Source: Pecten maximus
Taxonomy: Eukaryota
Assembly: GCF_902652985.1 (NCBI RefSeq)
Contig: NC_047019.1
Location: 38,564,001 to 38,628,000, forward strand
DNA: 64,000 nt
Direction of reading: 5' to 3'
The notes under the pieces were generated by a model, which did no database searches, was not told where the DNA came from, and worked only from the letters and a program-made list of their open reading frames with translations. Of this stretch, positions 13,545 through 26,940 are shown piece by piece. Each line of letters starts with the position of its first letter. The stretch's first letter is position 1. A program made the position numbers and the translations under genes.

Positions 13545-14527
13545 AGTCCTCAGGGGAGTGCATGAAGATGTCGGTCATCAGGGACGTGACCGTACAAACT
13601 GGTTGGCAAGGCGTATGTTTTTCTGTCCCGGTCTTGATGCCGAGGTAAATAGTTGGGTTGAAAGCTGTGGTGGGTGCATTCGTAGAAAAACCCTACAGTC
13701 CCAAGGGCGGAGTTGGTTAACATCCAAAGTTCCCGTCCAATGGAACTACTTTGCATTGACTGGACCTAAGAAAGGTCACAGGGTGGCTACGAAAACGTGC
13801 TGGTTATCACTGACCATTTCACCCGCTATGCCCAAGCAATTCCAACCAGGAACCAGTTAGCGAGTACCACCACAAGGGTGTTGTACGAGCAATTTATTGT
13901 CCACTACAGCTTTCCTGCCTGAATTCACAGCGACCAGGGCATGGATTTTGAAAGGGTAGAGAAGCTACACTAGAAGTAGGTGGCCGGGTTCTGATGAGGA
14001 ACGTTGGTTTATGTGGCAAGCAAAATTGGCAGACAAATGAGCTAAGGATCTTGATATGCCCGTATACAAGATCCAGAAAGAGTCTGGAAAGGGACCTATA
14101 CAAACTACATAGGAGCCTACTTCTCCCTTTCATGTGGCTACCAAGAACATATGGTGCCCATGAATCAAGGGAGACAACCCGAAAACATCGGAACACCTGA
14201 GAGTTCCTCCTCAACTACCGACTCTGATAGCTCAGATGAGGATGGGAGTCAAGCACCCATATATAATATTCCTGCTAGGAGACCCAGACGCACTGTAGCT
14301 GATTCGCGACAGCCAGTACAAACATATTCTGTTGGTACAAGGGATTCTCCGAAAGGGAGTAAGAAGGGTCAGTGTCGAAATCTTGACACTGCAGGCAGTG
14401 ATTCTCAGATACATGACTTATTACCAGCTTAAAGTCCCAACCGAGCTGGCAAGTCTCCGAACATGTATGGAGAATGGCTCATGGGAACCTTGGTACCATC
14501 CAATTCTGGAGCTGAGAAGTGGGAGAA
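13545..14527 (+). pseudogene. Ty3/Gypsy pol remnant: integrase H2C2 zinc finger, partial rve core and C-terminal region; frameshifted and internally deleted
   Basis: HEDVGHQGRDRT...VESCGGCIRRK is the HHCC finger. Other frames give RPMELLCID, GGYENVLVITDHFTRYAQAIPTRNQ and IHSDQG, followed by LEVGGRVLMRNVGL. A polypurine tract GAGAAGTGGGAGAA lies at 14514-14527. Confidence 0.92.
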
Positions 14528-15638
14528 TGTCGTAGTGAGCAAAGTTAACTCCTGATTGTGAAACTAATAATATTTAATCTCTTCAGCTATTTGTATGTAC
14601 TGTCTTATGGCTTACCATTATAATAGTAGAGCTGTAGCATAATTGTAATTTACATTCAATTATCCGATAAGTCAGATTGATAATCACATCAGGAAAACTT
14701 TGTTTCACAGGGCAGAGGAGAAATTCTGAAACTCTCAATTATTAGTCAGATAGTGTACTTAGTATATTACCTTGGAACACTGGCCAAGGTGATAATTACA
14801 ATTTATCTAGATAACAAATTTAATTTCAAACTATACCATATGAGCAGTTATCTTTGATTCCTTGTAGGTAGGGATCGCCCCAATCACTTGGATATATGAT
14901 AATTAGCTGCTCATTGATACTCATTTGTACATAATTTTATTGTTTGTTAGATTCAACCATTATGGTTGATATTGGTTTAAATGCCAGGAGTAATTTTCCT
15001 TTGCACGGGAGAATGTCGCGATGTTCAAACTTTATATGTTAAAGTTTGACATATTGTTTAGGTATTTTAAATAGGATTGTGTGTTCAAAATACTTGCGCT
15101 GTGTATTGTGTATAGTTTGTACAAGTCCCTGTGTCAATTGATGTCTATTGTACCCGTGTATATAGTTATAGTTGTGACGTGTGAGAGATGAGTGAAATGA
15201 TTGGTTGAGATTGACACTTTGGCCCTGCATTACCCCGCGCATACCCGTGCACGTGCAAGGCCTTGCCGGACCCTGTCAAGGTAAGGCCAAACCACACCAC
15301 GCTATAAGACCTGCACGGATAGAGACGTCCCGTAAAAACCTGTGTGCCTTACAGCCACAGTGTTAAAAAGGTAAGAGTATTTAAACATAAAATATATAAA
15401 CGAAATTTTTAATCTAATAAAACTATTTACTTTAGATGATATATACATTAATTAAAATATTTAAGGTATTGTTCTTTTTGTTTCAGGTTGTTGTCTCCGT
15501 TCTGTTTAGTACTGTTAACGTTGTATATAATAAAAGGTACTCGTGAATATAACTAGCGTCTTGGAGCCTTTATTGAATAGTCCTCAGAATCATAACCCAC
15601 AGAGATATATACAGATATGTCTTATGTTCTCTGTAACA
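14528..15638 (+). mobile_element. 3' LTR of the Gypsy element (3' boundary approximate, 15601-15638)
   Basis: Starts TGTCGTAG immediately after the polypurine tract and has AATAAA near 15529. Roughly the first 850 bp align to the inverted copy ending at 36132. Confidence 0.82.
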
Positions 15639-15970
15639 AATATAAATATGTAATTTTTAGTGAATGATAGTTTCAGTTTTCACCCTAACACATTGCACAC
15701 CGAGAACTTAATTCAATTTCCCAGTACACCATGGAATTTTGAAAATGAGACTATGGTACATTCTAAGATACATATGTCTAGACGGCCGTATCGCGATGAC
15801 ATGCCATATGCGTCACAACAGTCATTTTAAGACCGTTTAAAGTCTCGCTGCAAGTCTCGCTAACGTAAAGCTGCATACTAATTCTACATACAGCCTCATC
15901 GTTGTTGGGAAGAGACAGAAAATTTATTCTGGTAAATAAACAGAGGACTGACAGATTTTTTGTTGTCTTC

Positions 15971-16945
15971 ACTAGAGTGTGAAGTTTGTCTCTAATTGTC
16001 TACACGAGAGGGTGAAGTTTGTATCTAATTGTCTACACTAGAGGGTGAGGTTTATCTCTTATTGTCTACACTAGAGGGTGAAGTTTGTCTCTGATTGTTG
16101 TCACTAGAGGGTGAAGTTTGTCTCCTATTGTCTACACTAGAGGGTGAAGTTTGTCTCTTATTGTCTACACTAGAGGGTGAGGTTTGTCTCTTATTGTCTA
16201 CACTAGAAGGTGAAGTTTGTCTCTTATTGTCTACACTAGAGGGTGAAGTTTGTCTCTTATTGTCTACACTAGAGGGTGAGGTTTGTCTCTTATTGTCTAC
16301 ACTAGAGGGTGAAGTTTGTCTCTTATTGTCTACACTAGAGGGTGAAGTTTGTCTGTTATTGTCTACACTAGAGGGTTATGTTTATCTCTTATTGTCTACA
16401 CTAGAGAGTGAGGTTTGTCTCTTATTGTCTACACGAGAGGGTGAAGTTTGTCTCTTATTGTCATCACTAGAGGGCGAGGTTTATCTCTTATTGTCTACAC
16501 TAGAGGGTGAGGTTTGTCTCTTATTGTCTATACTAGAGGGTGAAGTTTGTCTCTTATTGTCTACACTAGAGGGTGAAGTTTGTCTCTTATTGTCTACACT
16601 AGAGGGTGAGGTTTATCTCTTATTGTCTACACTAGAGGGTGAAGTTTGTCTCTGATTGTTGTCACTAGAGGGTGAAGTTTGTCTCTTATTGTCTACACTA
16701 GAGGGTGAAGTTCGTCTCTTATTGTCTACACTAGAGAGTGAGGTTTGTCTCTTATTGTCTACACTAGAGGGTGAAGTTTGTCTCTTATTGTCTACACTAG
16801 AGGGTGAGGTTTGTCTCTTATTGTCTACACTAGAGGGTGAGGTTTGTCTCTTATTGTCTACACTAGAGGGTGAAGTTTGTCTGTTATTGTCTACAATAGG
16901 TGGCGAAGTTTGACTCTTTTGTCTACACTAGAGGGTGAAGTTTGT
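15971..16945. repeat. 33-bp minisatellite, ~29 copies
   Basis: CTACACTAGAGGGTGAAGTTTGTCTCTTATTGT. Confidence 0.97.
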
Positions 16946-18388
16946 CCTTTCCAGTCTATGACATAATCTGCACGCCGAACAGTTCAGTAACATTTGAATG
17001 CCAATGGTACCATAAACATTGTACTGATGAACCCAGCACCGGACTTCGAGACTACGTATATATTGTTAGTACATTCTCCACATATTGTACATGTTCATTT
17101 AAGTGATTTAAGTAGAGACTTATGTAAAGTAACTAAAAAGGGAAGATTCTCTCATTAGTGATTTTGTTCTGGATGTCTTAAAACGCGCACTCTTTTACAG
17201 CATAGCTTGAATACAAACCTAATTTCCTAGCTAGTTTTTATTTATTTTTAATTAGTTTATATCGATTTCAATGAAATCGAGTTCAATGAATTGAAATAAA
17301 ATATAACAACATCATAACATATAAAATAAAAACGTAACTAATGTACACCCCACACAGCTAATGAATGATTTTGTATCCGTAATCAGTAGTATTGGGTACT
17401 GGGATACCTGCACATTGAGATTATAAACCGACTAGAATGACTTCAGATCATGTCATACTTCCTCATTGTCTTCTGGATATTGAAGATATCAAATCTAAGT
17501 ACTAAAAATTGTAAAGCGTGGAGATATGTTTTGCCAATATTTGCGCAACTGAATCGTCCGGTGAGTATGTGTTGTATCCAAAGACAATTCCTTAATTAAT
17601 CTGCGATAATTTGGCTAAATATGTTACCCATTGTAATAGAGATTTTGAATGAGTCACAGATTTATTTGCACAGGAGAGGAAATTGAAATAAAGATGGCTT
17701 TCATTTCATGAGTATTTGTTTATGAGTTTAACGTTTAAATATCCGCTTGTACAATCTGAAGATAATAGTCCAATGCACCAATAGCAATTAAAAAAGTCCT
17801 GTCATAGTCGTCGTATATATAGCTATGACACAAAAATTGTTTCATATTTGTTGAACATGAGATATTAATGCTCAAAGCTGAAATGTTAGATAAAAGCATA
17901 TGGTGATTAATTATACGAGTCACTTTAGTTAACTCTAAAGTCCAGGGTATTTAATCTAACAACAGCTGACTGTGTATTTCATCATGACGTTAGGGAGACC
18001 AGTCTTGCGTTGATAAATGAAAGCATGGCCATTCTAATTGGCAATGTTAAGCACTGTGATCGAGAAGATTATATATCGATAGGCTCTATACACACCTTTA
18101 GCTGTCAGACAATGAGGTAAAATATGTCGGCAAGAGATAATGTTGTCAAGGAAACTATTTCTTCGTTCCTTATATAGACAACCATGTCTAGACAAGGTAA
18201 TTATTCATATGACGCCAGCAGTTTTAAATACGTCATAGAAAACTTATTTACAAATAAAGGAAGATTGGAATGATTAATGCTATTATAGTCCTAGGGAAAC
18301 AGGTGTATGATTCATAGCCATTACATCACATATACTGTCTCTACTAAACATCTAAAGGTACTATCCACAGCTGGTATTTACACGATCT

Positions 18389-18981
18389 TAGAGGACATTG
18401 AATGGTTTCCCGCTTAAAATAAAATATATTTCACGAGTATGGCAGAATATCGATATTTTCACGAGTGTGAAGCACGAGTGAAAAATATCGAAATATTCTG
18501 TCATATGACTGAAATATATGTTATATAAAACGGGAAACTATTCAATTTTCTGTTTATTACATTTAATATACTTGGAAACAAAAAAAAGTGCGGGAATCAG
18601 TAGCATAATTCATGACGTCATCTCGTTACGTTATTCCAATTCAACTTGACGGCGTCATTTTGAAAGGACTGATCAACGCAATTGAAGCATTTTCTGCTGT
18701 TATTGGAGAATCCATACATGAATAGCTAACGTCAAGTTAGTATTTTATCAAAAACAAGTAAGAAATACAGCATATTAACCCATTCATCTATCCTTGTTTC
18801 GATTTGAAAAATCGACAAGTTTCAATGTGGTGAATACAAAGATTTGCTCTGATTCGTCAAAAACGAAAAACTGATATTTTCACTGCAAATTCTTATATTT
18901 TTACTGCTCATCGCTGCAGTGAAAATATAAGTTTTATTAGTTTGATGAATATCTATCTTTCATTGGTGAAATGCAATAAAA
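18389..18981. mobile_element. ~590-bp non-autonomous element with a ~150-bp terminal hairpin (Crypton-like)
   Basis: Imperfect palindrome at 18397-18546 with outer arms ATTGAATGGTTTCCCG / CGGGAAACTATTCAAT and centre CACGAGTGTGAAGCACGAGTG. A smaller TTTTCACTGC...GCAGTGAAAA hairpin lies at the other end. The family assignment is inference. Confidence 0.6.
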
Positions 18982-18983
18982 GA

Positions 18984-19995
18984 CATTACCGGAACTATAT
19001 TAACTTCAGTATCAATGTCTGTGATAATGTCTCCATTACGGGAACTAATGGTTAACTTCAGTATTATGTCTCCATTACGGGAACTAATGGTAAACTACAG
19101 TATTAATGTCTCCATTATGGGAACTAATGGTAAACTCCAGTATTAATGTCTCCATTACGGGAACTAATGGTAAACTCCAGTATTAATGTCTCCATTACGG
19201 GAACTAATGGTAAACTCCAGTATTAATGTCTCCATTACGGGAACTAATGGTAAACTCCAGTATTAATGTCTCCATTACGGGAACTAATGGTAAACTCCAG
19301 TATTAATGTCTCTATGATAATGTCTCCATTACGGGAACTAATGGTAAACTCCAGTATTAGTGTCTCTATGATAATGTCTCCATTACGGGAACTAATGGTA
19401 AACTACAGTATTAGTGTCTCTGTGATAATGTCTCCATTACGGGAACTAATGGTAAACTACAGTATTAGTGTCTCTGTGATAATGTCTCCATTACGGGAAC
19501 TAATGGTAAACTCCAGTATTAGTGTCTCCATTGATAAGGTAACTAATTCGGGAACTAATGGTAAACTCCTGTATTAATGTCTCATTACGGAACTAATGTA
19601 ACTCCAGTATTAATGTCTCCATTACGGGAAACTAATGGTAAACTACAGTATTAAGTTCTGTGATAATGTCTCTATACGGAACTAATGTAAACTACAGTAT
19701 AATGTCTCCATTACGGGAACTAATGGTAAGATCAGTTATAATGTCTCCATTACGGGAATAATTGTGTAAACTCAGTATTATGTCTTAATGATAATCTCAT
19801 ACGACTAATGGTAACTCAGTATTGTGTCCTGTGATAATGTCTCCATTACGGGAACTAATGGTAAACTACAGTATTAGTGTCTCTGTGATAATGTCTCTAT
19901 TTCGGGAACTAATGGTAAACTACAGTATTAGTGTCTCTGTGATAATGTCTCTATTTCGGGAACTAATGGTAAACTCCACTATTAGTGTCTATGAT
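18984..19995. repeat. 40-bp / 54-bp composite minisatellite
   Basis: AATGTCTCCATTACGGGAACTAATGGTAAACTCCAGTATT, with or without a 14-bp A(A/G)TGTCTCT(A/G)TGAT insert. Confidence 0.95.
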
Positions 19996-20818
19996 AAATG
20001 ATCAATCTAGTGCCGATATATAATTTTCTTTTCACATCCGGGATACATAACGATCGAATTGTGAAGCGAACTAGAAAATTGGTCGTAAATTACAGTCAGC
20101 TACGATAAGATATAATGTACCAAGTCGTTACGTTAGAGATGTGTCACTGTTAGTGTTATACAGAACACACGGAAAATTGCTGTCAAAAACTACGGCTTCG
20201 TTTAAGTCCAATATTGATCTCAGATCTATTTGTTCTTGTAAAAGAAAATAAATCATATTTATATATAACCTCATTACATTTGTACAATGGAAGTAGAATT
20301 GAACAGTTTACATTAATATGATATAGTCCATCTTCGGAGATAAACGGTACAGATTCAATTTCTTCGCTTCCTTCTGACACGCCCCTATTTACATTTCCTC
20401 AGTTTTTGGAGTGCTAAACTCATGTTTTTACTATTTTGATTTGTATCACAGTAGCTGTATCAAAGTAACTATATAATACTCCCTGATGCCTTTTTCTTTT
20501 CCTCGTTGGTAAAAGAAATGTTGATAAGATGGCATTGTCGATATATCAAATATGTATGAGCAATATATGTCAAAAAATCTCTTATGTGAGATGTGTTATA
20601 CACGTGTACCCAAATACGACGGAGTTCACTCCATGTTCGATATCAGGAGAGAGCTCCTCCAGTAGTACACGGTTTACTAAATAACACCATGGTTTACTAC
20701 TTTGAAACGTTGAATTTACATGAACATAACATAACTGTTTTTATATATAGTATACACCACGTAACATTACTGTTTTATCAGTTTAGCTCCTCTCAAAACA
20801 ATTTAAGAGTTAGTAACA

Positions 20819-22020
20819 GTAGAGAGTTAGATACAGTAGAGAGTTAGATACATTAGAGAGTTAGATGCAATAGAGAGTAAGATACAGTAGAGAGTTAGAT
20901 ACAGTAGAGAGTTAGATAAGTAGAGAGTTAGATACAGTAGATAGTTAGTTACAATAGATAGTTAGATACAGTAGAGTTAGATAAGTAGAGAGTCAGATAC
21001 AGTAGAGAGATGGATACAGTATAGAGTTAGATACAGTAGAGAGTTAGATACAGTAGATAGTAAGATACAGTAGAGAGTTAGATACAGTAGAGTTAGATAC
21101 AGTAGAGAGTTAGTTACAGTACAGAGTTATATACAGTAGAGAGTAAGATACAGTAGATAGTTAGATACAGTAGAGTTAGATACAGTAGAGAGTTAGATAC
21201 AGTAGAGAGTTAGATACAGTAGAGAGTAAGATACAGTAGATAGTTAGATACAGTAGAGAGTTGGATACAGTAGAGAGTTATATAGTAGAGAGTTATATAG
21301 TAGATAGTTAGATACAGTAGAGAGTAATATACAGTAGAGAGTTAGATACAGTAGAGAGTTGGATACAGTAGAGAGTTAGATACAGTAGAGAGTTAAATAC
21401 AGTAGAGAGTTGGATACAGTAGAGAGTTAGATACAGCAGAGAGTAAGATACAGTAGAGAGTAAGATACAGTAGATAGTTGGATACTGTGGAGAGTTAGAT
21501 ACAGTAGAGAGTTAAATACAGTAGATAGTTAGATACAGTAGAGAGTTAGATACAGAAGAGAGTTAAATACAGTAGAGAGTTAGATACAGTAGGGAGTTAG
21601 ATACAGTAGAGAGTTAGATACAGTAAAGTTAGATACAGTAGAGAGTTAGATACAGAAGAGAGTTAAATACAGTAGAGAGTTAGATACAGAAGAGAGTTAA
21701 ATACAGTAGAGAGTTAGATACAGTAGGGAGTTAGATACAGTAGAGAGTTAGATACAGAAGAGAGTTAAATACAGTAGGGAGTTAGATACAGTAGGGAGTT
21801 AGATACAGTAGAGAGTTAGATACAGATGAGAGTTAGATACAGTAGAGAGTTGGATACAGTAGATAGTTAGATACAGTAGAGTTAGATACAGTAGATAGTT
21901 AGATACAGTAGAGTTAGATACAGTAGAGAGTAAGATACAGTAGATAGTTACATACAGTAGGGAGTTAGATACAGCAGGGAGTTAGATACAGCAGGGAGTA
22001 ACATACAGAAGAGAATAAGA
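20819..22020. repeat. 17-bp minisatellite, ~70 copies
   Basis: AGATACAGTAGAGAGTT. Confidence 0.97.
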
Positions 22021-22939
22021 TATATTAAAGTCCAAACGTTTCGTTAAGTGGTTATACGTGTAAGAGACAACCAAAATTAATAAAGATGCAAATTTTTCTC
22101 ATTACTTTGAAATGTTCTTAAGATACAGAATTATTATTTAATGTAAGCGTTCACTTGGATCGTATCATTGTTTTTAAAAGAAGCTATTGATAAAAGAAAA
22201 AAAATCGTGAGTAAAATCGAAGCGTTTTCTATCTATTAATTAGCCCGTTCAGACAGTATTAATCTACCACATTACCACACCGAAGTGATTATATCGTTGA
22301 TATAGCAACGCAATCTTTCAATTAACACAACGGAAGCGATGTGCGTGTACAATTTCAAACATACTTCTTTGAATGGATAGCATTTCATCAAAGCATTGAC
22401 AGTAGAGACCTAGACACAGTAGGGGTTGACACGTCACGCACCTGTGTAACACGACAACATCGACCATCAGTATATATAGCTGTACACATTCACGACGACA
22501 GATGATATACCGCAATGGAAACCCCCACAAACGTTGTGCAACAGACGTAGTTGTCAGTTTAATTGAAATAATTGTTGTATAAATATCTATGCATGTACTT
22601 CATTATAGAACACTTTAACGAGCTCCGCGAAATTACGCAACTGAACCTACATCGTGTAATTAGCGACATAGAACGTTCGCTTTATCCTCCAATCACACAC
22701 TAGATTAGTTACCGGCTTTGGAATAACGCTTATAAATTTTAAGCTACCTAAATCAATCAATCTGCACATCTCTTTCGATTTAGTAGTTGCCAAATGGTAA
22801 TGATTCTTATATAAATACTATATTACTACTGATTCAATTACATGTATTCCCTGGGTTTCAAATTTTGAAAGTCTTAATTCGGCAAGGTTGCCAAGCCACA
22901 GCATGGCTGTATCTGATAATACACACCTATAGTTAACCA

Positions 22940-23930
22940 GATATACCCTACATTCGTCGATATGACCTTGAGATGTTTGACCCTGAAATACTCTGTATGC
23001 AAGAAAATTTAGGAAATTTCAGACCAATACTCGTTGTTGTTATCTACAGATCACTGAATTGCGAACTGAAACTACGGTTAAACAGCGATGAGAATTTTAT
23101 TGGAAACTGTATGAATGAAATTCACGTGGGTAACGGGTGATTTCTATGTGAATATTTTGAACGAGAGGAATTCATGTGGATTTACAGAAATAATACACGA
23201 ATAGGCACAGAACCAACTCGAATGACTCAAAGGCACTCATTGATCATATCTATATATATATATATATATCTCCAAACCTGAGTATGTTAGAACTGTAGAT
23301 ATTGTGTAAAATGGATCATAATCCTATATACAAAATGTATGTTGTGTCATTAAACAGGTATGTAGGGAGATCTTATAGGACCTGTACCATGGTCTGTAAA
23401 GCCAACGAAACACTATCTACCTGGCACAAGTTGTTCTCTAATGTCCTTGACGACTATACTCCAAAAAGGAACATCGTGTCCAGACACCATCCAAGACGAG
23501 AGGGGGCTTGGTGATATCTGACAATATACGTTATCGGGACCAGTTATAAATCTGTGGTGAAATTACTCATTATAAAATAATATCATTGACTGTAATCTAG
23601 ACAATGAATAAATGAATAAATAAATATAACAAAACTTGTGGAAAATTTATCCGTGAAGTCGCTCCCAAACAATGCTCTAACTTCTTTGCTGATGGAGAGA
23701 ATATTTTAAGATAGCAAGTTGCCTTAACACATTTTTTTTTACTGAAAATGCGGATATGTTATCTCTGCACCTTCATGATATACAGTCAAATGATCAAATG
23801 CAGCAGTATAATTCACCAAAATTAAATCACCATACCAAATTGTCTATTCCCTGTTTCATTTAAATTGTCAGTAACTTCTTGACGTCTTTAGATTAGAAGA
23901 AAGCTGTAGGCTTTGAAGGTGTAAATGCGA
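22940..23930 (+). pseudogene. Decayed L2/CR1-type LINE ORF2 fragment (APE endonuclease to pre-RT linker)
   Basis: Interrupted frames give, in the expected order: YIRRYDLE...PILVVVIYRS, GDFYVN, TEPTRMT..LIDHIY, DHNPIY, ETLSTWHKLFSNVLDDYTPKR and KKAVGFEGV (KAxGxDG-like). Confidence 0.75.
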
Positions 23931-24139
23931 TGCAATCATTATTCGTTGTTACAAATACTGAAATGTATTCCGATTAAAGCTTTTACTATGCTAATAAATC
24001 GCTGTAAAATGTACAAAATGCTTTAGTCAGATTTAAAAATATAGGTAAGCGGTGAATAAAACCAAAATTATTGTAAATACCCATATAACAAAATGTATGG
24101 ATGGGTTTGTATGAAAGTTTATTTACTGTAAGGTTATTA

Positions 24140-24810
24140 GGTACTAAGTAATACAGAGTGGGATTCAGGGGTCGAAATTCTCATGACGAAGGTCACAGTT
24201 ACTAAAAATAGAGATACTTTTTCGTCAAATTTTGGTTTCCAGATGATAACTTTAGAAAGATTGATGAATTTGGTTGAAACTTCATACAATGTTCGTTTAT
24301 ACGGTAATACAGTGAGATTATGTTTGGTGTCGTAAGGTCACTGTTGCTAAAAGTAGGCACTTTTCGTCAGATTTTGGTTTCCAGATGATAACGTCACAAA
24401 GGATTGATAAAGTTGGTTAACACTCCATACAATGTTAGCGTATGAGATAATACAGAGTGGGATTGTGTTTGGGGTCAGACGGTCAACTGCAAAGGTCCCT
24501 GTTACTAAAAATAGACTTTTGTCGTCATGTTTCAGCTTCCAGATGATAACTGGTGATAGGATTGAGCGATTGTATTAATATAAATATAATAATATTATAT
24601 ACATTAGAAAATATATATAGGGTGGAATTAAGTTTGGGGTCAAAAGGTTAACTGTGAAGGTATCGTACTAGAATAGACATGTATCCCCATTTTTGGCCCC
24701 AACATAAAACATGCGGGTAGCAAAGTTTGGTCAGAATAACACCAGCAGTCAACTGACGTACTTGCATACCAAGTCAAGAACTCAAACACAAAGGTCACTG
24801 TCACTGAAAT
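24140..24810 (+). repeat. Diverged ~140-160-bp tandem units resembling bivalve Helentron/HINE-associated satellites
   Basis: TAATACAG...GGGGTC...AAGGTCAC.GTTACTAAAAATAGA...TTCCAGATGATAAC recurs 3-4 times. The family call is recalled, not verified. Confidence 0.55.
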
Positions 24811-24875
24811 AAGGTTTTCATCACCATATTATCATTCCTCGCTCAAACTCATAGGATAGTTAAGAAATCATTTTA

Positions 24876-24961
24876 AAAATGTGACAGTTGTTCATTGCTA
24901 GAAAGGATTGTTAAAATGTGATAGCCGTTCATTGCTAGAAAGGATTGTTAAAATGTGACAG
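24876..24961. repeat. 37-bp tandem repeat (~2.3 copies, with related partial copies at ~25084-25140)
   Basis: AAAATGTGACAGTTGTTCATTGCTAGAAAGGATTGTT. Confidence 0.75.
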
Positions 24962-26132
24962 GTTTTTTTCTCATTTTTTTTTTATTTTTCGAAGTTCACC
25001 AAACAATATTACATTCACGTATTTAACTCGGAGGTCAAAGCAAAAGTGTAACTTCCACAGAGGTTACTAATGAGCATTGTTATTGTGACAGTTGTTCATT
25101 ACGAGAAATGATTGTTAAAATGAGACCTCTGTTCATTTTTTTCTTTAAGGTACAAACTTATGAACTTCTCTTTAGATTTCTTAGATATGCGTTTTGCCTA
25201 TTTCAGTCTTGGGGAAATTCATTCACGAGGATCTCGTCACTTTTGAAACAAAAAATGTGCAGATATGAAACGCGGAATACTCCGCAATGTAGAGGATGTA
25301 AATTATTATTGCTGGAAGTCGATTAGTGAGTAGCCAGTGATGAGATACCCGGAGCCCCACACGTACAGCAGCACATCTACGTGACAAGTCTTTTGTTTAC
25401 GTTTACATTTATGTGTCAGTGGAAGTAAGGGTACCTCCGGAGAGTGCATAATTACCAAATATTGTGTTTACATTCTGTCTTAAAAGTCGGACACAAACCT
25501 CATACATGTAAGCAGGCGACGTTTAGTTTTGATGACGTTAGCCCAGTTCAGTCCGCAGCTCAACATGTGTGAAAATATAAAATTGATTTAATCATGACAA
25601 ACCCGTTAATTGCTCATTGTTTGAATTTTCCTCTTGATGAAACGTATTTAAGTATTTACGTTGTTGCAGATCGCTTTCCTGACAACATTGAACAGTGATA
25701 CATAAACTCTACATGTGCGTTAAAAATAGCACTTAAAGTAAAAAGGAATTCCATTCATAAAAAGTAGTTCAGCTAGGTAGCTCTTGCCATTGACTCCTCC
25801 AGTCATTATCAAGTGGGTGTGGCCTATTTTCAACAAAGATATATTTACCAAAAAGATTTGAACATTTGGTGTAAAAAAAAACACAATCACTGAGATATGT
25901 TTCTTAAATTATTTTTCAATAATTCATATGTGTTTTTATTTATCAATTTGCCATATGTTGTTTTAGATCTACTAAGATATGACGTGTTATTAACTATTTA
26001 GGACCATGTGGTATATCAACATTTGTCTAATCGTGTATCACCTAAGTTTAAAAAAGCAATTACTATTGTTATAAAATATCACTATTGCTACCACAATTTG
26101 ATTATTATTCAAATCCAAATGCATGAAAAAAT

Positions 26133-26752
26133 CATTACAACTGTTGAATAACAAACAGTTTATACCATACGTGGAAAAAACTCTAAACGCGTTTTGATTG
26201 GTTGACACGATGACCTTTGACAGGGACTATTTTTATCACGTGGTTTAAGCGTCTGACTGGCTTACACTTGAAGGGACGATTCTCAAAGTCGTGGAAATAA
26301 TAACGCACAAGAAGTAGCTCGCAGATATTTTTTGTCGTATTCTTATCAATGGATATAGATTAACATCAATTCACAGCTTTGAAAATAATAAAAATGCCTA
26401 TTGTTAGTTATGATTTGTAATAAATTATGCAATTTCCACACTCTTCCGAAATTGTCAGTTTGCATATTAATTAGCGGTGTTTCATAACTGATATTGTGAG
26501 AAGAACACACGTTGATACAAAACAGGTCAATTAGTCCTTAAACTATTTTATCTATTGTGGTAGAGACATGTCACACAGATTCGTGGTTGTTGTACATCTG
26601 TATATAGTATTTCTTTCACTCTCAAATGGTTTTTTTTCCAAAGTTATAAACAACACTCGCTATAGTTCGTGTTTTTTGTAACTTTTGAAAAATAATTAAA
26701 TCGGGTAAAAGAAATACCATTTACAACGACCATTCGTTGTGTAACCTTTATA
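26133..26752. mobile_element. ~620-bp dispersed non-autonomous element with a long right-end hairpin (Crypton-like), copy 1
   Basis: Homologous to 43110-43662; both begin CATTACAACTGTTGAAT and end TCGTTGTGTAACCT. The hairpin at ~26565-26750 is centred on CACTCGCTATAGTTCGTG. Confidence 0.7.
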
Positions 26753-26940
26753 TCACTATAAATAAAGACGAGTGCTATTATCATTATAGATATCACTATA
26801 AAAAGATGATTGCTATTATCTTATAGGATATAATTATAGATAAAAGCTATCACTATTATCATTATAAAATATCACTTCAGGAGGATTGCTATTATTTCAA
26901 AATAAAACTTTATCTTTATAATTACTATTATCATTACTAT
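26751..26940. repeat. Degenerate AT-rich minisatellite (ATCACTATAAATAAAG.CGATTACTATTATCATTAT), left part
   Basis: Same unit family as 38056-38520, with a trace at ~26054-26090. Confidence 0.7.

Noticed and set aside
16095-16913. LLLSTLEGEVC repeat ORFs (superficially LRR-like)
   Set aside because: This is the 33-bp minisatellite. It has in-frame stops in variant units and no non-repetitive coding flanks or splice context.
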